DNA from: a bacterium
GTDB lineage: Bacteria; Myxococcota_A; Polyangia; HGW-17; JAJRWW01
Assembly: GCA_043825095.1 (NCBI GenBank)
Contig: JBDRSE010000156.1
Span: 125,309 to 189,308, forward strand
Direction of reading: 5' to 3'
Length of the DNA: 64,000 nucleotides
The notes under the pieces are model-generated. The model was not told the origin of the DNA, made no database searches, and was given only the letters and a program-made list of their open reading frames with translations. Below, one piece after another: positions 20,620-31,485 of the stretch. Each line of letters starts with the position of its first letter. Positions within the stretch are counted from its first letter, which is position 1. The position numbers and the translations under genes are program-made.

Positions 20620-20887
20620 TCCGTGGCTCCTGTCACTCCGATGGCTCAGGGGCGGGCCGCATTTTCGATAGAAGATCGGCCGCTCCGGTGCGTCGGAGCA
20701 GATGAGAGTGCATCGCCTGGTGGATCCGAGCGGCGGGGGCCCGTCCCGCGAGTGCCCGGATCTGCCAAGCCGATCGCCCTCGGCCGAGCAACGGCCGGCC
20801 GAGAGGCTGCAGGCGTACTTAGCACAGTCGGGCCGAGCTAGACAAGCAGCTGGCGTCCTGTAATAATTCACGCCCCAAGGAGGAACC

Positions 20888-22126
20888 ATGCGCCTACGCC
20901 TCAGCTTCAGCCTGGTCACTGTCTCTCTGTTCTTGGGGTCCACTTCCGCCCTGGCCGCCCCCCCCGTGGAGTGTCTGCGAGTGCCGGATGGGACCATCAG
21001 CATCGACGGCCTGCGGAACGATTGGGGCGACGTCACGCCGCAGAAGCTGGGCGCAAAGCACGTGCTCAGCGGCAAGAGCGAGTGGCAGGGCGATCCGGAT
21101 CTGGCGGCCAAGCTCTTCTGCGCGCACGACAGCAAGGGCACCTACCTGTTGCTCGAGGTCAACGACGATCAGGTGGTCCGGACGGCCCGGGCCACGACCC
21201 GGGAGGATCGGGTGGAGCTGCTGTTCGACGGCGGCGGCAAGGTGGAGACCCTGCGGATCCACCCCCCCAACGCCCAGCATCGCCAGGCCTCGGTCAAGTG
21301 GGTCGGGGGCAGGCGCAGCCTCAAGGGGCTGTCCAAGTTCGTGTTCCGGCTCAAGCACGGGTATGCCATCGAGCTCAAGATCACCGACGGCGCCGTGCCC
21401 GGGTACGGCCTCGGATCCCCCAAGCTCAAGATGTCGGTGCGCATCGTCGATCACGATGGCGGACCCTCGCGCAAGGCCGACACGGTGATGGGAACCGGCG
21501 GGGACAAAACGTCCTCGCTGGGCACCGTGGAGTACGACACCGCCAAGCTGCTCCTGGCCACGTTCCTCAAGCAGAAGGGTTTGACCAAGAACAACATCCT
21601 GTACTACCAGGTGGGCAACTTCATCACCGGCCGGGCGCGGGAGCAGCTGGTCATCGCCGGCAACCAAGTGGCGCTGCTCGGGGAGGACGTGTCCAAGGGA
21701 GGCGCTTACTATGCCGTGCCCGCGCCGTGGGCCAAGACGCAGTCCGACCTGCTGCGCTTTCGGACGGTGGATCTCGACGGCAACGGCAACCTCGACATCG
21801 TCTACGTGGCGAGGCAGGCCGGGTCCCAGGGGCTGTCTCGAGACATCCTCGTGGTCCTGCGCTTCCTGGACTCGAACAAGTTCGATGTCTACTTCATGCA
21901 GGAGATCTCCAAGCGCTGGCAGGGCATGGTGCTCGAGAACAAGTACCGGTTCCTCAAGCGCGGAAAGAAGATCGACATCGAGATCTCCGTCGGCAAGAAC
22001 AGCGGCTGGACCAAACAGAACTACCGGCCCTCCCACGGCGGGCGACTGGAGGGAATCCTCACCCCCTGGGGCGTCGCCAAAAAGAAGCGCTACCAGTTCG
22101 CCCACGACGGCTACACGGAGAAGTAA
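20888..22126 (+). CDS. Secreted hypothetical protein
   Basis: Cleavable signal peptide (SALAAP); RBS aaggagga; no confident domain assignment. Confidence 0.5.
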   Translation: MRLRLSFSLVTVSLFLGSTSALAAPPVECLRVPDGTISIDGLRNDWGDVTPQKLGAKHVLSGKSEWQGDPDLAAKLFCAHDSKGTYLLLEVNDDQVVRTARATTREDRVELLFDGGGKVETLRIHPPNAQHRQASVKWVGGRRSLKGLSKFVFRLKHGYAIELKITDGAVPGYGLGSPKLKMSVRIVDHDGGPSRKADTVMGTGGDKTSSLGTVEYDTAKLLLATFLKQKGLTKNNILYYQVGNFITGRAREQLVIAGNQVALLGEDVSKGGAYYAVPAPWAKTQSDLLRFRTVDLDGNGNLDIVYVARQAGSQGLSRDILVVLRFLDSNKFDVYFMQEISKRWQGMVLENKYRFLKRGKKIDIEISVGKNSGWTKQNYRPSHGGRLEGILTPWGVAKKKRYQFAHDGYTEK

Positions 22127-22179
22127 GCGACAGCGCTGATACCGGCACGTCCCCGAAGCTGGCATTGCCCATTAGGGCT

Positions 22180-24777
22180 CTACTGGGCTGTGAGCCTCAC
22201 CAGGTGGTGCTGCAGCACCAACGGATCGGGGAGCTTGCCGAGGTAGACGACCTGGGCCCGACCCCGGCTGTCGAGCACGAGCAGGCGGGACAACGTTCCT
22301 GCCGGGAGTCCGGCTGCGGTGCGGAGCTGCGTGACGCCGACCAACCGTTGGGTCGGCTTGCTGGGGGTGACGATCAGGATCGACACCCCTCGGCGTTTCC
22401 AGCGTTGTCCGAGCTGGGAGAGCCTGCGCCCGTAGCCCGGACAATTCGGGCAGGGCGTCGGCGGGAAGAGCAGCACCGTGGCGGCCCGACCAAAGAATGC
22501 GCTCAACGGCTGGGGCGCGCTCGGCCCGCGGGGCGGAACCACGCGGAATCCACCGAGCTGTTCCAATGGAAGCCCGGCGAGCTCTCCGGGTTTTTGCGGT
22601 GGAGGCGGGCGCCGCGGCGGCGTGGTGCGTGGGGCCGCCGGCCGGCGTGCCGACAGGCCCGGAGTCGGATCCTCCACTCCCTTGAAGATCGTGTAGCTCG
22701 CGCCGGTATTCAGGTCCTGCACGAGCTGGCGCTGCCCGTCAGGCCAACGGATCTCCACCCTGTCAGCCCGGGACGCGCTGCCGAGGCCCAGGCGGACCTC
22801 GCCTGCCGGTCCGTCACCGTTTCCACCGTCCAGGTTGACCGAGACGCGGCGGCCCAGGCTCCAGGCGGTGACCGTGGCGCCGGCCGAAACCCCGGAGGTG
22901 AGGCGTAGCGTGAGGGAATTGCCGCGGCGCTGGCTCCAGCGCCAGATCCGCACCGATCCGTCTCGGAGACGCAGCAGCAGCTCCGGAGTGGTGTCGCGAT
23001 CGAGATCCGCCCAGACCGCGGCCCGGACGCCGGTGGGCACCTCCAGGCCCGCGGGAGTGCCGATGTCCGTCCACCCCCCGGCGTGACCCAGCAGCAGGGT
23101 CGCTCCCCGGGTGGCGCCCAAGGGCCCCGCGCGCGCAGCCAGCCGTGGCCAGCTTCGCCCCGTGAGCCGTTGGGGCAGCGCCACGGTGAAGAAGAGATCG
23201 TCCAGGGCGGCGCCTCGCGCGGCGTGATTCCCTCCTGCCAGGAGAACGTCTGCCCTGCCGTCGCCGTCGAGGTCTGTCACGGCCACGGTCACGTCCCAGC
23301 CCAAGGACGCGGTGTCGGCGAGCTCAGCGCGCGTGAATCCCGGGTTGGTGTTCCGCAGCCAGAAGGAGCCTTGGGTGGCCAGGCTCAGCCGGGCGGGCAA
23401 CCCGCGCGGTGGGCGGAAGGGTGAGCCGGGGAGCGGGAAGTCGGGCTGAGAGAACTTCCAGGCCTCGTGGGTGGCCACCGCGGCGATCACCACGTCCAGC
23501 GCACCGTCCCCATTCAGGTCGGCGATGGAGCAGGCGCGTCCCATCACGGTGCCGGTCGTGTGCGCGGGCCGGAGGCGGCCGTCGCGATTGAGCAGCACGC
23601 GGACCGGCCCGAGGGCGTCCACCAGCACCAGATCGGTTCGTCCGTCCCCGTTCAGATCGCCGGTACATGCCGCGACAACTCGGCCGCTCAGCTTGGGCAG
23701 CCGGCTGGCGTCGGCCTGGAATCCGGCCTTGCGGTTCATGAGCACCTGCGGCCGGGAGGTCTCCGATGGGGTGCCGGAAAAGAACAGATCCAGCCGGCCG
23801 TCCCCGTCGACGTCCAGCCAGGCGGCGGCGCTGCCGTTGCCCAGGGTCAATCCCCTGCCGCCGACCCGGAGCGTGCCGCCCTGGTTCAGGAGCAGGCGGG
23901 ATCCCCCGCGCTGGGCGACCACGAAGAGATCGGGATCGCCGTCGTTGTCCACGTCGCCGAACACGGCCGCACGGCCGATGGTGTGGCTCGCGTGTCCGGG
24001 AAGAATCGGTCCGGGAACAAAGCCGCCCTTCCCGTCCCCGTAATACAGCGCGCCCAGGTGCGGCCCGGGCAGAAAGACGTCGAGGCGACCGTCGCCGTTG
24101 ACGTCGGCCACGGCTAGGCCGGGGCCTTGGTCTGCGCCGATCTCGGCCGGGTCCTGCGCCGGGGCGGTCCGCCGGGTGTGCGGCGCCTTCCCCTTCGAAG
24201 CGTCCGAGAACAAAGGCGTTGTGGCGACGACCGTGCGCATGGAGCCGGGCGCGAAGCCATCGATCCGCCAGGTTTCGTCGGCGCTTTGGCGTAGCTCCAC
24301 GTCCAGGATCCCGCGATCGCTCCTCCTGGCGCCGTCGCGAAGAACGCCGTCCACGGCCACGGTGAGCCGAGCCGTCGCCCGCCGTTGTCCCTCGAAGCTC
24401 AAGGAATCGATGTGGACTTCTGCCCAGGACACGAGCTTGTAGATGTTCAGCTGTCCGTAGAGATCATCGGCCAGACTGCCGGCCGCGGTCCGCGCCGTCC
24501 ACCGGAAGCGGTGCAGCGCGCCGTCGCGGCCCACGGGTGAGAAGGTGAACCCTCGGCAGCTGGTCAGACACCGGTCGGTGAAGAGCCGCACCAGCTTCTC
24601 GCCCTGCTTTTTCCGCACGGCCGAGGCGAATTCACCGACCACTGTGCTGGCCCCTCGGCTGGCCACCAGGGAACCGTACGGCCGAGGCGTCGGACAGGCG
24701 GTGTTCGCCAGGGGGCTCGAGATCACGAAGGCATACAGAATAACCGTGTGTTTCCAATTATTTAAAAAAGTATCCAT
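22180..24777 (-). CDS. FG-GAP/VCBS repeat (ASPIC/UnbV-like) protein with C-terminal thioredoxin-like CPxC domain
   Basis: Six or more D-x-N/D-G-D-G-x-x-D repeats (ADVNGDGRLDVF, GDLNGDGRTDLVLV...); C-terminal LLFPPTPCPNCPGY...ILIVTPSKP redoxin-like segment. Confidence 0.55.
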   Translation of the reverse strand: MDTFLNNWKHTVILYAFVISSPLANTACPTPRPYGSLVASRGASTVVGEFASAVRKKQGEKLVRLFTDRCLTSCRGFTFSPVGRDGALHRFRWTARTAAGSLADDLYGQLNIYKLVSWAEVHIDSLSFEGQRRATARLTVAVDGVLRDGARRSDRGILDVELRQSADETWRIDGFAPGSMRTVVATTPLFSDASKGKAPHTRRTAPAQDPAEIGADQGPGLAVADVNGDGRLDVFLPGPHLGALYYGDGKGGFVPGPILPGHASHTIGRAAVFGDVDNDGDPDLFVVAQRGGSRLLLNQGGTLRVGGRGLTLGNGSAAAWLDVDGDGRLDLFFSGTPSETSRPQVLMNRKAGFQADASRLPKLSGRVVAACTGDLNGDGRTDLVLVDALGPVRVLLNRDGRLRPAHTTGTVMGRACSIADLNGDGALDVVIAAVATHEAWKFSQPDFPLPGSPFRPPRGLPARLSLATQGSFWLRNTNPGFTRAELADTASLGWDVTVAVTDLDGDGRADVLLAGGNHAARGAALDDLFFTVALPQRLTGRSWPRLAARAGPLGATRGATLLLGHAGGWTDIGTPAGLEVPTGVRAAVWADLDRDTTPELLLRLRDGSVRIWRWSQRRGNSLTLRLTSGVSAGATVTAWSLGRRVSVNLDGGNGDGPAGEVRLGLGSASRADRVEIRWPDGQRQLVQDLNTGASYTIFKGVEDPTPGLSARRPAAPRTTPPRRPPPPQKPGELAGLPLEQLGGFRVVPPRGPSAPQPLSAFFGRAATVLLFPPTPCPNCPGYGRRLSQLGQRWKRRGVSILIVTPSKPTQRLVGVTQLRTAAGLPAGTLSRLLVLDSRGRAQVVYLGKLPDPLVLQHHLVRLTAQ

Positions 24778-24884
24778 GCTGCTCCAGGTGGCGTGATTCC
24801 GCGGCGTTGACGCCTCTTGACATCCCTAGGGTGGACCTCTATTGTACCTGTCGAATTCAGGCAATCAACCGGCTGAGGCTAAGC

Positions 24885-25247
24885 ATGCCAGCAGACACGT
24901 ATCTGCCCTTAATCGTCTTCATTTTTGTGGGGTTGATCGTCGCCGCGATGTTCTACATCCCGGCCATTATCCTGGGCCCCAGCAACAAGACGGCCGTGAA
25001 GCTCGAACCCTTCGAATGCGGGAACGATCCCGTGGGTGAGCCGACGGTTCCCTTCAACCCCCGTTTCTACCAGGTGGCGATCCTGTTCCTGGTCTTCGAC
25101 GTGGAGGTCGCCTTCCTCTATCCATGGGCGATGATCTACGCCGAGAAGCAGACCTTCGCCGGGCTGGTGATCATGGGACTCTTCGTGACGGTCCTGTTGG
25201 CCGCGTTGATCTTCGTGGTCAGAAAGGGAGTCCTGAAATGGGTATAG
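24885..25247 (+). CDS. nuoA: NADH-quinone oxidoreductase subunit A
   Basis: MPADTYLPLIVFIFVGL...EPFECGN...YPWA; internal ATG 24885 of the ORF-track ORF. Confidence 0.85.
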   Translation: MPADTYLPLIVFIFVGLIVAAMFYIPAIILGPSNKTAVKLEPFECGNDPVGEPTVPFNPRFYQVAILFLVFDVEVAFLYPWAMIYAEKQTFAGLVIMGLFVTVLLAALIFVVRKGVLKWV

Positions 25248-25744
25248 AGCTCTACAGCTCCGACAAGCTCCAGGACCTGCTCAGCTGGGCGCGCAAGTTC
25301 TCCATGTTCAAGCAGCCGTACGTCACGGCCTGCTGCGGCATGGAGTACATGTCCACCATGGGTCCCCGGTACGACCTCTCCCGGTTCGGCTGTGAGTTTG
25401 TGCAGTTCACGCCGCGCCACACCGACTTGCTGTTCGTGGTGGGTACCATCTCGGAGCGGCAGGCACCGGTGCTCCGCCGGATCTACGACCAGATGGCGGA
25501 TCCCAAGTTCGTGGTCGCCTTCGGCGTGTGCGCGAGCTCGGGCGGCTTCTACCAGAACTACTCCGTGGTTCCGGGCATTGACCAGATCCTCCCGGTGGAC
25601 GTCTATATCCCGGGCTGCCCGCCCCGCCCCGAGCAGGTCATCGACGGCATCGTGCGACTTCAGGAGATCATCCAGGCCGGGAAGACCCACAGCCAGCAAG
25701 AGCTGCGCCAGCTCGCCGCCCAGCGGCAGGCGGCGAGGGGGTAG
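25238..25744 (+). CDS. nuoB: NADH-quinone oxidoreductase subunit B
   Basis: CCGMEYM, GTISERQ, CASSGG, PGCPPRP motifs; RBS aagggag; 10-nt overlap with nuoA. Confidence 0.9.
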   Translation: MGIELYSSDKLQDLLSWARKFSMFKQPYVTACCGMEYMSTMGPRYDLSRFGCEFVQFTPRHTDLLFVVGTISERQAPVLRRIYDQMADPKFVVAFGVCASSGGFYQNYSVVPGIDQILPVDVYIPGCPPRPEQVIDGIVRLQEIIQAGKTHSQQELRQLAAQRQAARG

Positions 25745-25746
25745 CC

Positions 25747-26316
25747 ATGAGCAAAGCGGCACTGGAAGCGACCAAGAAGAAGTTCTCCGGCGAGGTGATC
25801 TCGGACCACGCCGCCCACGGCGACGAAACCCTCGTGCTCAAGCCGGGCAAGCTGCAGCAGATCTGTGAATCCCTGCGGGACGACGCTGCCCTGCAGTTCG
25901 ACATGCTCACCGACCTGACCGCGGTGGACTATCTCATGCAGGGCCGGGACCCCCGGTTCGAGGTGGTGTACCACCTCTACTCCACCGTCAAGCGGCACCG
26001 GTTGCGGCTCAAGGTTCCGGTGGCGCTCGGCAGCGGCGTGCCCAGCCTGACCGGGCTGTGGAAATCGGCCAACTGGTTGGAGCGAGAGGTCTGGGACATG
26101 TATGGGATCTCCTTCGACGGTCATCCCGATCTCCGACGGATCCTGCTGTACGAAGAGTTCGAGGGGCATCCGCTGCGCAAGGACTACCCCATGGCCAAGC
26201 GGCAGCCGCTGACCCGGCGTGAGGAACGGACCGAAGAGATCTGGCAGCAGAAGCACATTCTGACGGGGCCGAACGCGGGCGCCCACTTCAAGGGAAGCTA
26301 TGACATCGATCAGTGA
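25747..26316 (+). CDS. nuoC: NADH-quinone oxidoreductase subunit C
   Basis: 30-kDa subunit signature (ERE.WDM.GI.F.GHP.LRRIL). Confidence 0.88.
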   Translation: MSKAALEATKKKFSGEVISDHAAHGDETLVLKPGKLQQICESLRDDAALQFDMLTDLTAVDYLMQGRDPRFEVVYHLYSTVKRHRLRLKVPVALGSGVPSLTGLWKSANWLEREVWDMYGISFDGHPDLRRILLYEEFEGHPLRKDYPMAKRQPLTRREERTEEIWQQKHILTGPNAGAHFKGSYDIDQ

Positions 26317-27517
26317 ACAGCTCGCGGTCCAGGGAGGCGTCGAGCTCCCCACGGAAACCATGACCATCATGATGGGACCGGTGCATCCCGCGATGCACGG
26401 CACCGTGCGGATCGTGGTCACCGTGGACGGAGAACGCATCGTGCACGCCGACGTGCAGGTCGGCTACCTTCACCGCGGCTTCGAAAAAGAGTGCGAGAAT
26501 GTCACCTGGGCGCAGATCTTCCCCTACACGGACCGGCTCAACTACGTCTCGCCGATTCTGTGCAACACCGGCTACGCCATGGCCGTGGAGAAGCTGCTCG
26601 ACCTGAAGGTGCCCGATCGGGCCGAATACCTCCGGGTGATCACCGGGGAGCTCTCCCGGATCGGAGACCACCTCACCTGCGTGGCGGCCATCGCCATGGA
26701 GATGGGTGCCTTCTCGATCTTCCTGTACTGCATCCGGGCGCGAGACGTGGTGTACGACCTGCTCGAAGAGATCAGCGGGGCCCGCGTCACCCACGCCTAC
26801 TGTCGGGTCGGCGGCGTGAAGTTCGACGCGCCCGACGGCTGGCTCGAGCGGGTCCGGGGCGGCTTCGACGAGATCCACGGCGTGATCGACGACATCGACG
26901 GCCTGCTCTCCCAGAACCGGATCTTCCTGGATCGGACCCAGGGCGTCGGCGTGGTCTCCCGGGAGGACGCCATCTCCGTCGGCTTTACCGGGCCGGTGGG
27001 GCGCGCTTCGGGCATCGACTACGACGTACGGAAAGACCACCCGTACAGCGTCTACAACCGGTTCGACTTCGACGTGCCGATCATGGAGAGCGGCGACTGC
27101 TTCGCTCGCTACTATGTGCGGATGGAGGAGATGCGCCAGTCGATGCGGATCATCGAGCAGGCGATCCAGCAGATCGAGCCCGGCCCGGTGCTGGCCCCGG
27201 ACGCCCACCGCGTGGTGCTGCCCTCGAAGAACGAGACCTACAACACGATCGAGGGCATGATCCGCCACTTCAAGCTGGTGGTGGACGGCATCCCGGTCCC
27301 TGCGGGCGAGGCCTACGCCTACTCCGAAGGGGGCAACGGGGAGCTCGGCTTCTACGTGGTGTCCGACGGCTCGGGCGTTCCGGTGAAGGTGCGCTGCCGG
27401 CCGCCGTGTTTCATCATCACCTCGCATCTGGGCAACATGCTGGTGGGTCACGCCATCGCGGATGTGGTGCCCATTTTCGGCTCGCTGAACATGATCGGCG
27501 GGGAGTGTGACCGATGA
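26300..27517 (+). CDS. nuoD: NADH-quinone oxidoreductase subunit D
   Basis: 49-kDa subunit ([24 protein letters not shown]). Confidence 0.9.
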   Translation: MTSISEQLAVQGGVELPTETMTIMMGPVHPAMHGTVRIVVTVDGERIVHADVQVGYLHRGFEKECENVTWAQIFPYTDRLNYVSPILCNTGYAMAVEKLLDLKVPDRAEYLRVITGELSRIGDHLTCVAAIAMEMGAFSIFLYCIRARDVVYDLLEEISGARVTHAYCRVGGVKFDAPDGWLERVRGGFDEIHGVIDDIDGLLSQNRIFLDRTQGVGVVSREDAISVGFTGPVGRASGIDYDVRKDHPYSVYNRFDFDVPIMESGDCFARYYVRMEEMRQSMRIIEQAIQQIEPGPVLAPDAHRVVLPSKNETYNTIEGMIRHFKLVVDGIPVPAGEAYAYSEGGNGELGFYVVSDGSGVPVKVRCRPPCFIITSHLGNMLVGHAIADVVPIFGSLNMIGGECDR

Positions 27518-29091
27518 GCGATGAAGAGAAAGTCGTGGACGAGAACCGGGTCAACCTCACGATCAACGGACAGGAGGTGTCCGTCGACAAAGGGACCAAC
27601 CTGATCGAGGCCGCCAAGGCCGTCGGGATCGAGGTCCCGCACTTCTGCTACCACCCCGGGCTGTCCATCGTGGCCGTGTGCCGCCAGTGCCTGGTGGAGG
27701 TCAAAGGGTTTCCGAAGCTGGTGCCCGGCTGCCAGACCTTCGTCAACGAAGGCATGGAGGTGTTCACGGATTCGGACCTCGCCAAGGACGCCCAGCGCCA
27801 GGCCCTCGAGTTCACGTTGCTCAACCACCCCATCGATTGCCCCATCTGCGATCAGGTGGGCGAGTGCGACCTGCAGCGGCTGTATTTCGACTACGACCAT
27901 CAGCCGGCGCGGCACGACCTGAAGCGGCGGAGCAAGGGCAAGCGGGTGGACATCGGCCCCCGGGTCCTCATGGACGAGGAGCGCTGCATCCTGTGCTGGC
28001 GCTGCATCCGGGTCTGTGACGAGGTCGCCAAGTCCCATGACATCGACCTCAAGGACCGCGGGCTCAAGACGTCGGTCGCTGCGGCGCCGGGTCGGGCCCT
28101 GGACAACGACTACTCGCTGTGCACCGTGGACCAGTGCCCGGTGGGGGCGCTTACGGAGAAGGCGTTCCGGTTCGACACCCGGGTGTACCGCCTGAGCACG
28201 GTGGACTCCATTTGCCCGGGCTGTGCCACGGGCTGTCATATCGAGCTGCACACCTACGGCGGCCAGATTCGCCGCACCAAGCCGCGGTACTGCGAGTCGG
28301 TGAACAAGTGGTGGATGTGTGACGAGGGGCGCGACATCTTCCAGGAGTACGCCGCCGACGCGCGCCTTACCACGGCCCGGCTCAAGGGCGCCGAGGTGGC
28401 GCTGGAGGAGGCTGTTGCTGCGGCGGGCAAGGCGCTCGAGGGCGTGTCCGGGGACGAGGTGATCGTCCTGATCTCAGCGCGGCTCGCCACGGAAACCATG
28501 TTCGCGGTCAAGCGGCTCGTGGACAACCTGGGAGGGGCGCAGGTCTTTGGCACCGGTCGTCCCAACTGGGAGGCCGATGAGATCCTGAAGGTGGCGGATC
28601 GCAATGCGAACTCGGCCGGCCTGGCGGCGGTGTTCGGGGAAGATCTGGGCTCCCCGGCCGATCTCGAGCAGCGGCTGAGCAGCGGCACGGTGAAGGTTGC
28701 GCTCTGCCTGGACGAGAAGACCACCGATCCCAAGTCTCTGGAGGACATCGAGACGGTTATCGCCCTGGTTCACCGCGCCGCCGGAATCGGCAAACAGGCG
28801 GACGTGGTGCTGCCCCTGGCGGCCTGGTGCGAGATCGATGGCTCCTTCGTGAACAAGGACGGCAAGGTGGGCCGGTTCCATCCGGCGGTGGAGCCGCCGG
28901 GAGCCGCCCTTTCAGGCTGGGTGCTGGTGGATCGGATCGCCGAGGCGGCCGGTCGGGCGCTGAAGCTGGGAGAGACGGCGCAGCAGGTGTACGCCGCCGC
29001 GGCGGGGGCCCTGGGAGAGGCGCTGCCGGCGGAGGAGTTCGGTCCGACGCGTCCGGCGGTGCTCCTGCGCTTTGCCAACTCGCGCGGATAG
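27514..29091 (+). CDS. nuoG: NADH-quinone oxidoreductase subunit G (short form, 2Fe-2S + 4Fe-4S N-terminal domains)
   Basis: CYHPGLSIVAVCRQC, HPIDCPICDQVGEC, CILCWRCIRVC cluster motifs; follows nuoD directly (no nuoE/F). Confidence 0.8.
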   Translation: MSDEEKVVDENRVNLTINGQEVSVDKGTNLIEAAKAVGIEVPHFCYHPGLSIVAVCRQCLVEVKGFPKLVPGCQTFVNEGMEVFTDSDLAKDAQRQALEFTLLNHPIDCPICDQVGECDLQRLYFDYDHQPARHDLKRRSKGKRVDIGPRVLMDEERCILCWRCIRVCDEVAKSHDIDLKDRGLKTSVAAAPGRALDNDYSLCTVDQCPVGALTEKAFRFDTRVYRLSTVDSICPGCATGCHIELHTYGGQIRRTKPRYCESVNKWWMCDEGRDIFQEYAADARLTTARLKGAEVALEEAVAAAGKALEGVSGDEVIVLISARLATETMFAVKRLVDNLGGAQVFGTGRPNWEADEILKVADRNANSAGLAAVFGEDLGSPADLEQRLSSGTVKVALCLDEKTTDPKSLEDIETVIALVHRAAGIGKQADVVLPLAAWCEIDGSFVNKDGKVGRFHPAVEPPGAALSGWVLVDRIAEAAGRALKLGETAQQVYAAAAGALGEALPAEEFGPTRPAVLLRFANSRG

Positions 29092-29124
29092 TACGGCGAA
29101 CGAGCAGACGACGAGGCGAAACTG

Positions 29125-30426
29125 ATGGCAGACATACAACAGCTCTACGCGATTACCTGGAACGCCGGCTGGGGCGAGCTCATTGCGACGCTCATCCGGG
29201 CGGTGCTGGTGATCCTCCCGGTGATTCTCCTCATGGCGATCTACACCTGGATGGAGCGCCGGCAGGCGTCCTTCATGCAGGATCGCATCGGTCCCACCCG
29301 GGCGAACATCCCCATCGCGGGCAAGAACATCACGCTCTGGGGCCTGGTGCACATCGCTGCGGACGGCCTGAAGTTCAGCTTCAAAGAGGACGTGGTCCCG
29401 AACAAGGTCCACCGGTTCCTGTTCGCCCTGGCGCCCATCCTGTCGCTGGCGCCGGTGGTGATCGTCTTCGTGGTCATCCCCTTTGGCGGGTACTTCGCCT
29501 ACCACCAGTGGGACCAGGTCGTAACGGCGGAAACCGTGCGCCTCGCGGCGGAGCAGGGCCGCTCGTTCCGGCTGCAGGCCACCAACCTCGACATCGGCCT
29601 GCTGCTGGTCTTCGCCTTCTCCGGGCTGGGCGTGTTCGGCGCCTCGCTGGCGGGCTACGGCTCCCACAACAAGTGGGCCCTCATCGGCGGGCTCCGGGCC
29701 GCGGCGCAGATGGTTTCCTACGAGGTCACCCTGGGCCTGACGGTCGTCGGCGCGCTGCTGCTCTACGGCACCCTGGAGCCCATGGCCATCGTCCAGTGGC
29801 AGGGCCCGAACCCCAGCAAGTGGGGCCTGGTGATCCAGCCCATCGGAGCGCTCCTCTTCCTCGCGGCGTCCATCGCCGAGTCCAAGCGCATCCCCTTCGA
29901 CCTCCCGGAGGGCGAGTCGGAGATCATCGGCTTCAACCTCGAGTACTCCGGCATGCGCTGGGGCATCTTCTTCATGGGCGAGTACATGGAGCTGGTGTTC
30001 GTGGGCGCGATGTTCACGACCCTGTTCCTCGGCGGCTTCAACGTCCCGTGGCTCTACGCCGACGGATTCCACTTCGGCGGCGCCCACCTGGCGCTGCCGC
30101 ACCTGGCCGTGGTGCTTCTGCAGATGCTCGCCTTCTGGATGAAGGTCGTCGCCATCGGGTTCCTCCAGGTCGCCATCCGTTGGACCCTGCCGCGGCTGCG
30201 GTACGACCAGCTGATGAAGCTCGGCTGGGTCGGCATGCTGCCGGTGTCCCTGGCCAACGTGATGATCACGGCCGTGCTGCTGCTGGTCTACAAAAAGCTC
30301 GGCTGGAAGATCGAGAACTTCTGGATCGCCTCCGTTGCCATGTTGCTGCTCACCTTCGCCTGCGTCACCATGCTGCCGCACTCCGGGGCCGCCGCAGGGG
30401 ATGAGAGCCACAGCGAAAGTCACTAG
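29125..30426 (+). CDS. nuoH: NADH-quinone oxidoreductase subunit H (with insertions)
   Basis: NuoH/ND1 motifs (MERRQASFMQDRIGP, RIPFDLPEGESE, RLRYDQLM). Confidence 0.88.
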   Translation: MADIQQLYAITWNAGWGELIATLIRAVLVILPVILLMAIYTWMERRQASFMQDRIGPTRANIPIAGKNITLWGLVHIAADGLKFSFKEDVVPNKVHRFLFALAPILSLAPVVIVFVVIPFGGYFAYHQWDQVVTAETVRLAAEQGRSFRLQATNLDIGLLLVFAFSGLGVFGASLAGYGSHNKWALIGGLRAAAQMVSYEVTLGLTVVGALLLYGTLEPMAIVQWQGPNPSKWGLVIQPIGALLFLAASIAESKRIPFDLPEGESEIIGFNLEYSGMRWGIFFMGEYMELVFVGAMFTTLFLGGFNVPWLYADGFHFGGAHLALPHLAVVLLQMLAFWMKVVAIGFLQVAIRWTLPRLRYDQLMKLGWVGMLPVSLANVMITAVLLLVYKKLGWKIENFWIASVAMLLLTFACVTMLPHSGAAAGDESHSESH

Positions 30427-30435
30427 GAGTCTTCT

Positions 30436-31209
30436 ATGCCCGCTCGCACTGTGAAACTCGACGCTCCCCAACGGACGGTTGCCGTGCAGTCCTACGTGGT
30501 GGAGATCGGCAAGGGGCTCTCCATTACGCTGCGCCACTTCTTCGTGAACTGGCCATCCCGGGTTCCCTGGATTCTCTTTGGCATCCTGGGCCTGGTGGGG
30601 GCCGGTCTCGGCGCCGGCGTGGTGGCGGGATTGAGCGCGGTATCTGGCAAACTCCAGGGTTACAACGGCGCCATGGTGATGTTCGCCGGCGTGCCGGCCG
30701 GCCTGGGACTGCTCTCCCTGGTGGCCGGTGTGGCCCAGCGCAAGTGGCTCACCCAGGACAAGACGTACCTGCGGCTCGTGCCGTATCCCGACGTGCCCGC
30801 GGACTACTACCCCCCCCGATACCGGGGAGAGCATCGGCTGATGCACCGGGAGGACGGCTCGGTGCGCTGCGTGTCGTGCATGATGTGCGCCACCGTCTGT
30901 CCGGCGGACTGTATCAACATCGTAGCCGCAGACGCGGCCGACCCGCCCGCGAACAAGACCGCGGTCCCGGACGCGAACGCCGAAAAGTTCCCCATCCGGT
31001 TCGAGATCGACCAGCTGCGCTGCGTGGTGTGCGGTCTGTGCGTGGAGGCGTGCCCCTGCGATGCCATCCGCATGGACTCCAATGTGCATGTGACCGCCTA
31101 TGCGAAGCGCGAAGATTTTCTCTTCGACCGGGCGCGTCTCATGAAGCGCGGCGCGCCTTCGAATGCGCTGCAGGGCGGTCATGGCCCTGGCTGGCGCGAG
31201 CTCGAGTAG
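30436..31209 (+). CDS. nuoI: NADH-quinone oxidoreductase subunit I with an N-terminal two-helix membrane extension
   Basis: Two 4Fe-4S motifs CVSCMMCATVCP / CVVCGLCVEACP; ~100-aa N-terminal extension with two hydrophobic helices. Confidence 0.78.
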   Translation: MPARTVKLDAPQRTVAVQSYVVEIGKGLSITLRHFFVNWPSRVPWILFGILGLVGAGLGAGVVAGLSAVSGKLQGYNGAMVMFAGVPAGLGLLSLVAGVAQRKWLTQDKTYLRLVPYPDVPADYYPPRYRGEHRLMHREDGSVRCVSCMMCATVCPADCINIVAADAADPPANKTAVPDANAEKFPIRFEIDQLRCVVCGLCVEACPCDAIRMDSNVHVTAYAKREDFLFDRARLMKRGAPSNALQGGHGPGWRELE

Positions 31210-31485
31210 CGCCGCCAGCGGATCTCTCACTCCTTCGGTCCCACATTCCGTCGTGATTCGCCCCCGCAGAGGCCGGCGCCTTTGTGCGGCGGGCGCTTGG
31301 TTTCGGACCCGAAGTCTCCTCAGGGTCGCGAAAAGGCGAAGGCGGACCCCGCAAACGGCGAAAAATCGGCCTGAAAACGTAAGAACCGGTCTTGAAACTC
31401 GGATCCAGGCGTGGGAAACTTTTTTCGGCTCTCGCCGCATGCGCGGGGGCTGTGACAACGGAAGGAACTGCAGCTGAGCGGGGCA

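Noticed and set aside
31210-31485. Possible terminator hairpin after nuoI (ccggcgcc...ggcgggcgc)
   Set aside because: The stem is imperfect and no U-tract follows, so I cannot support a call.
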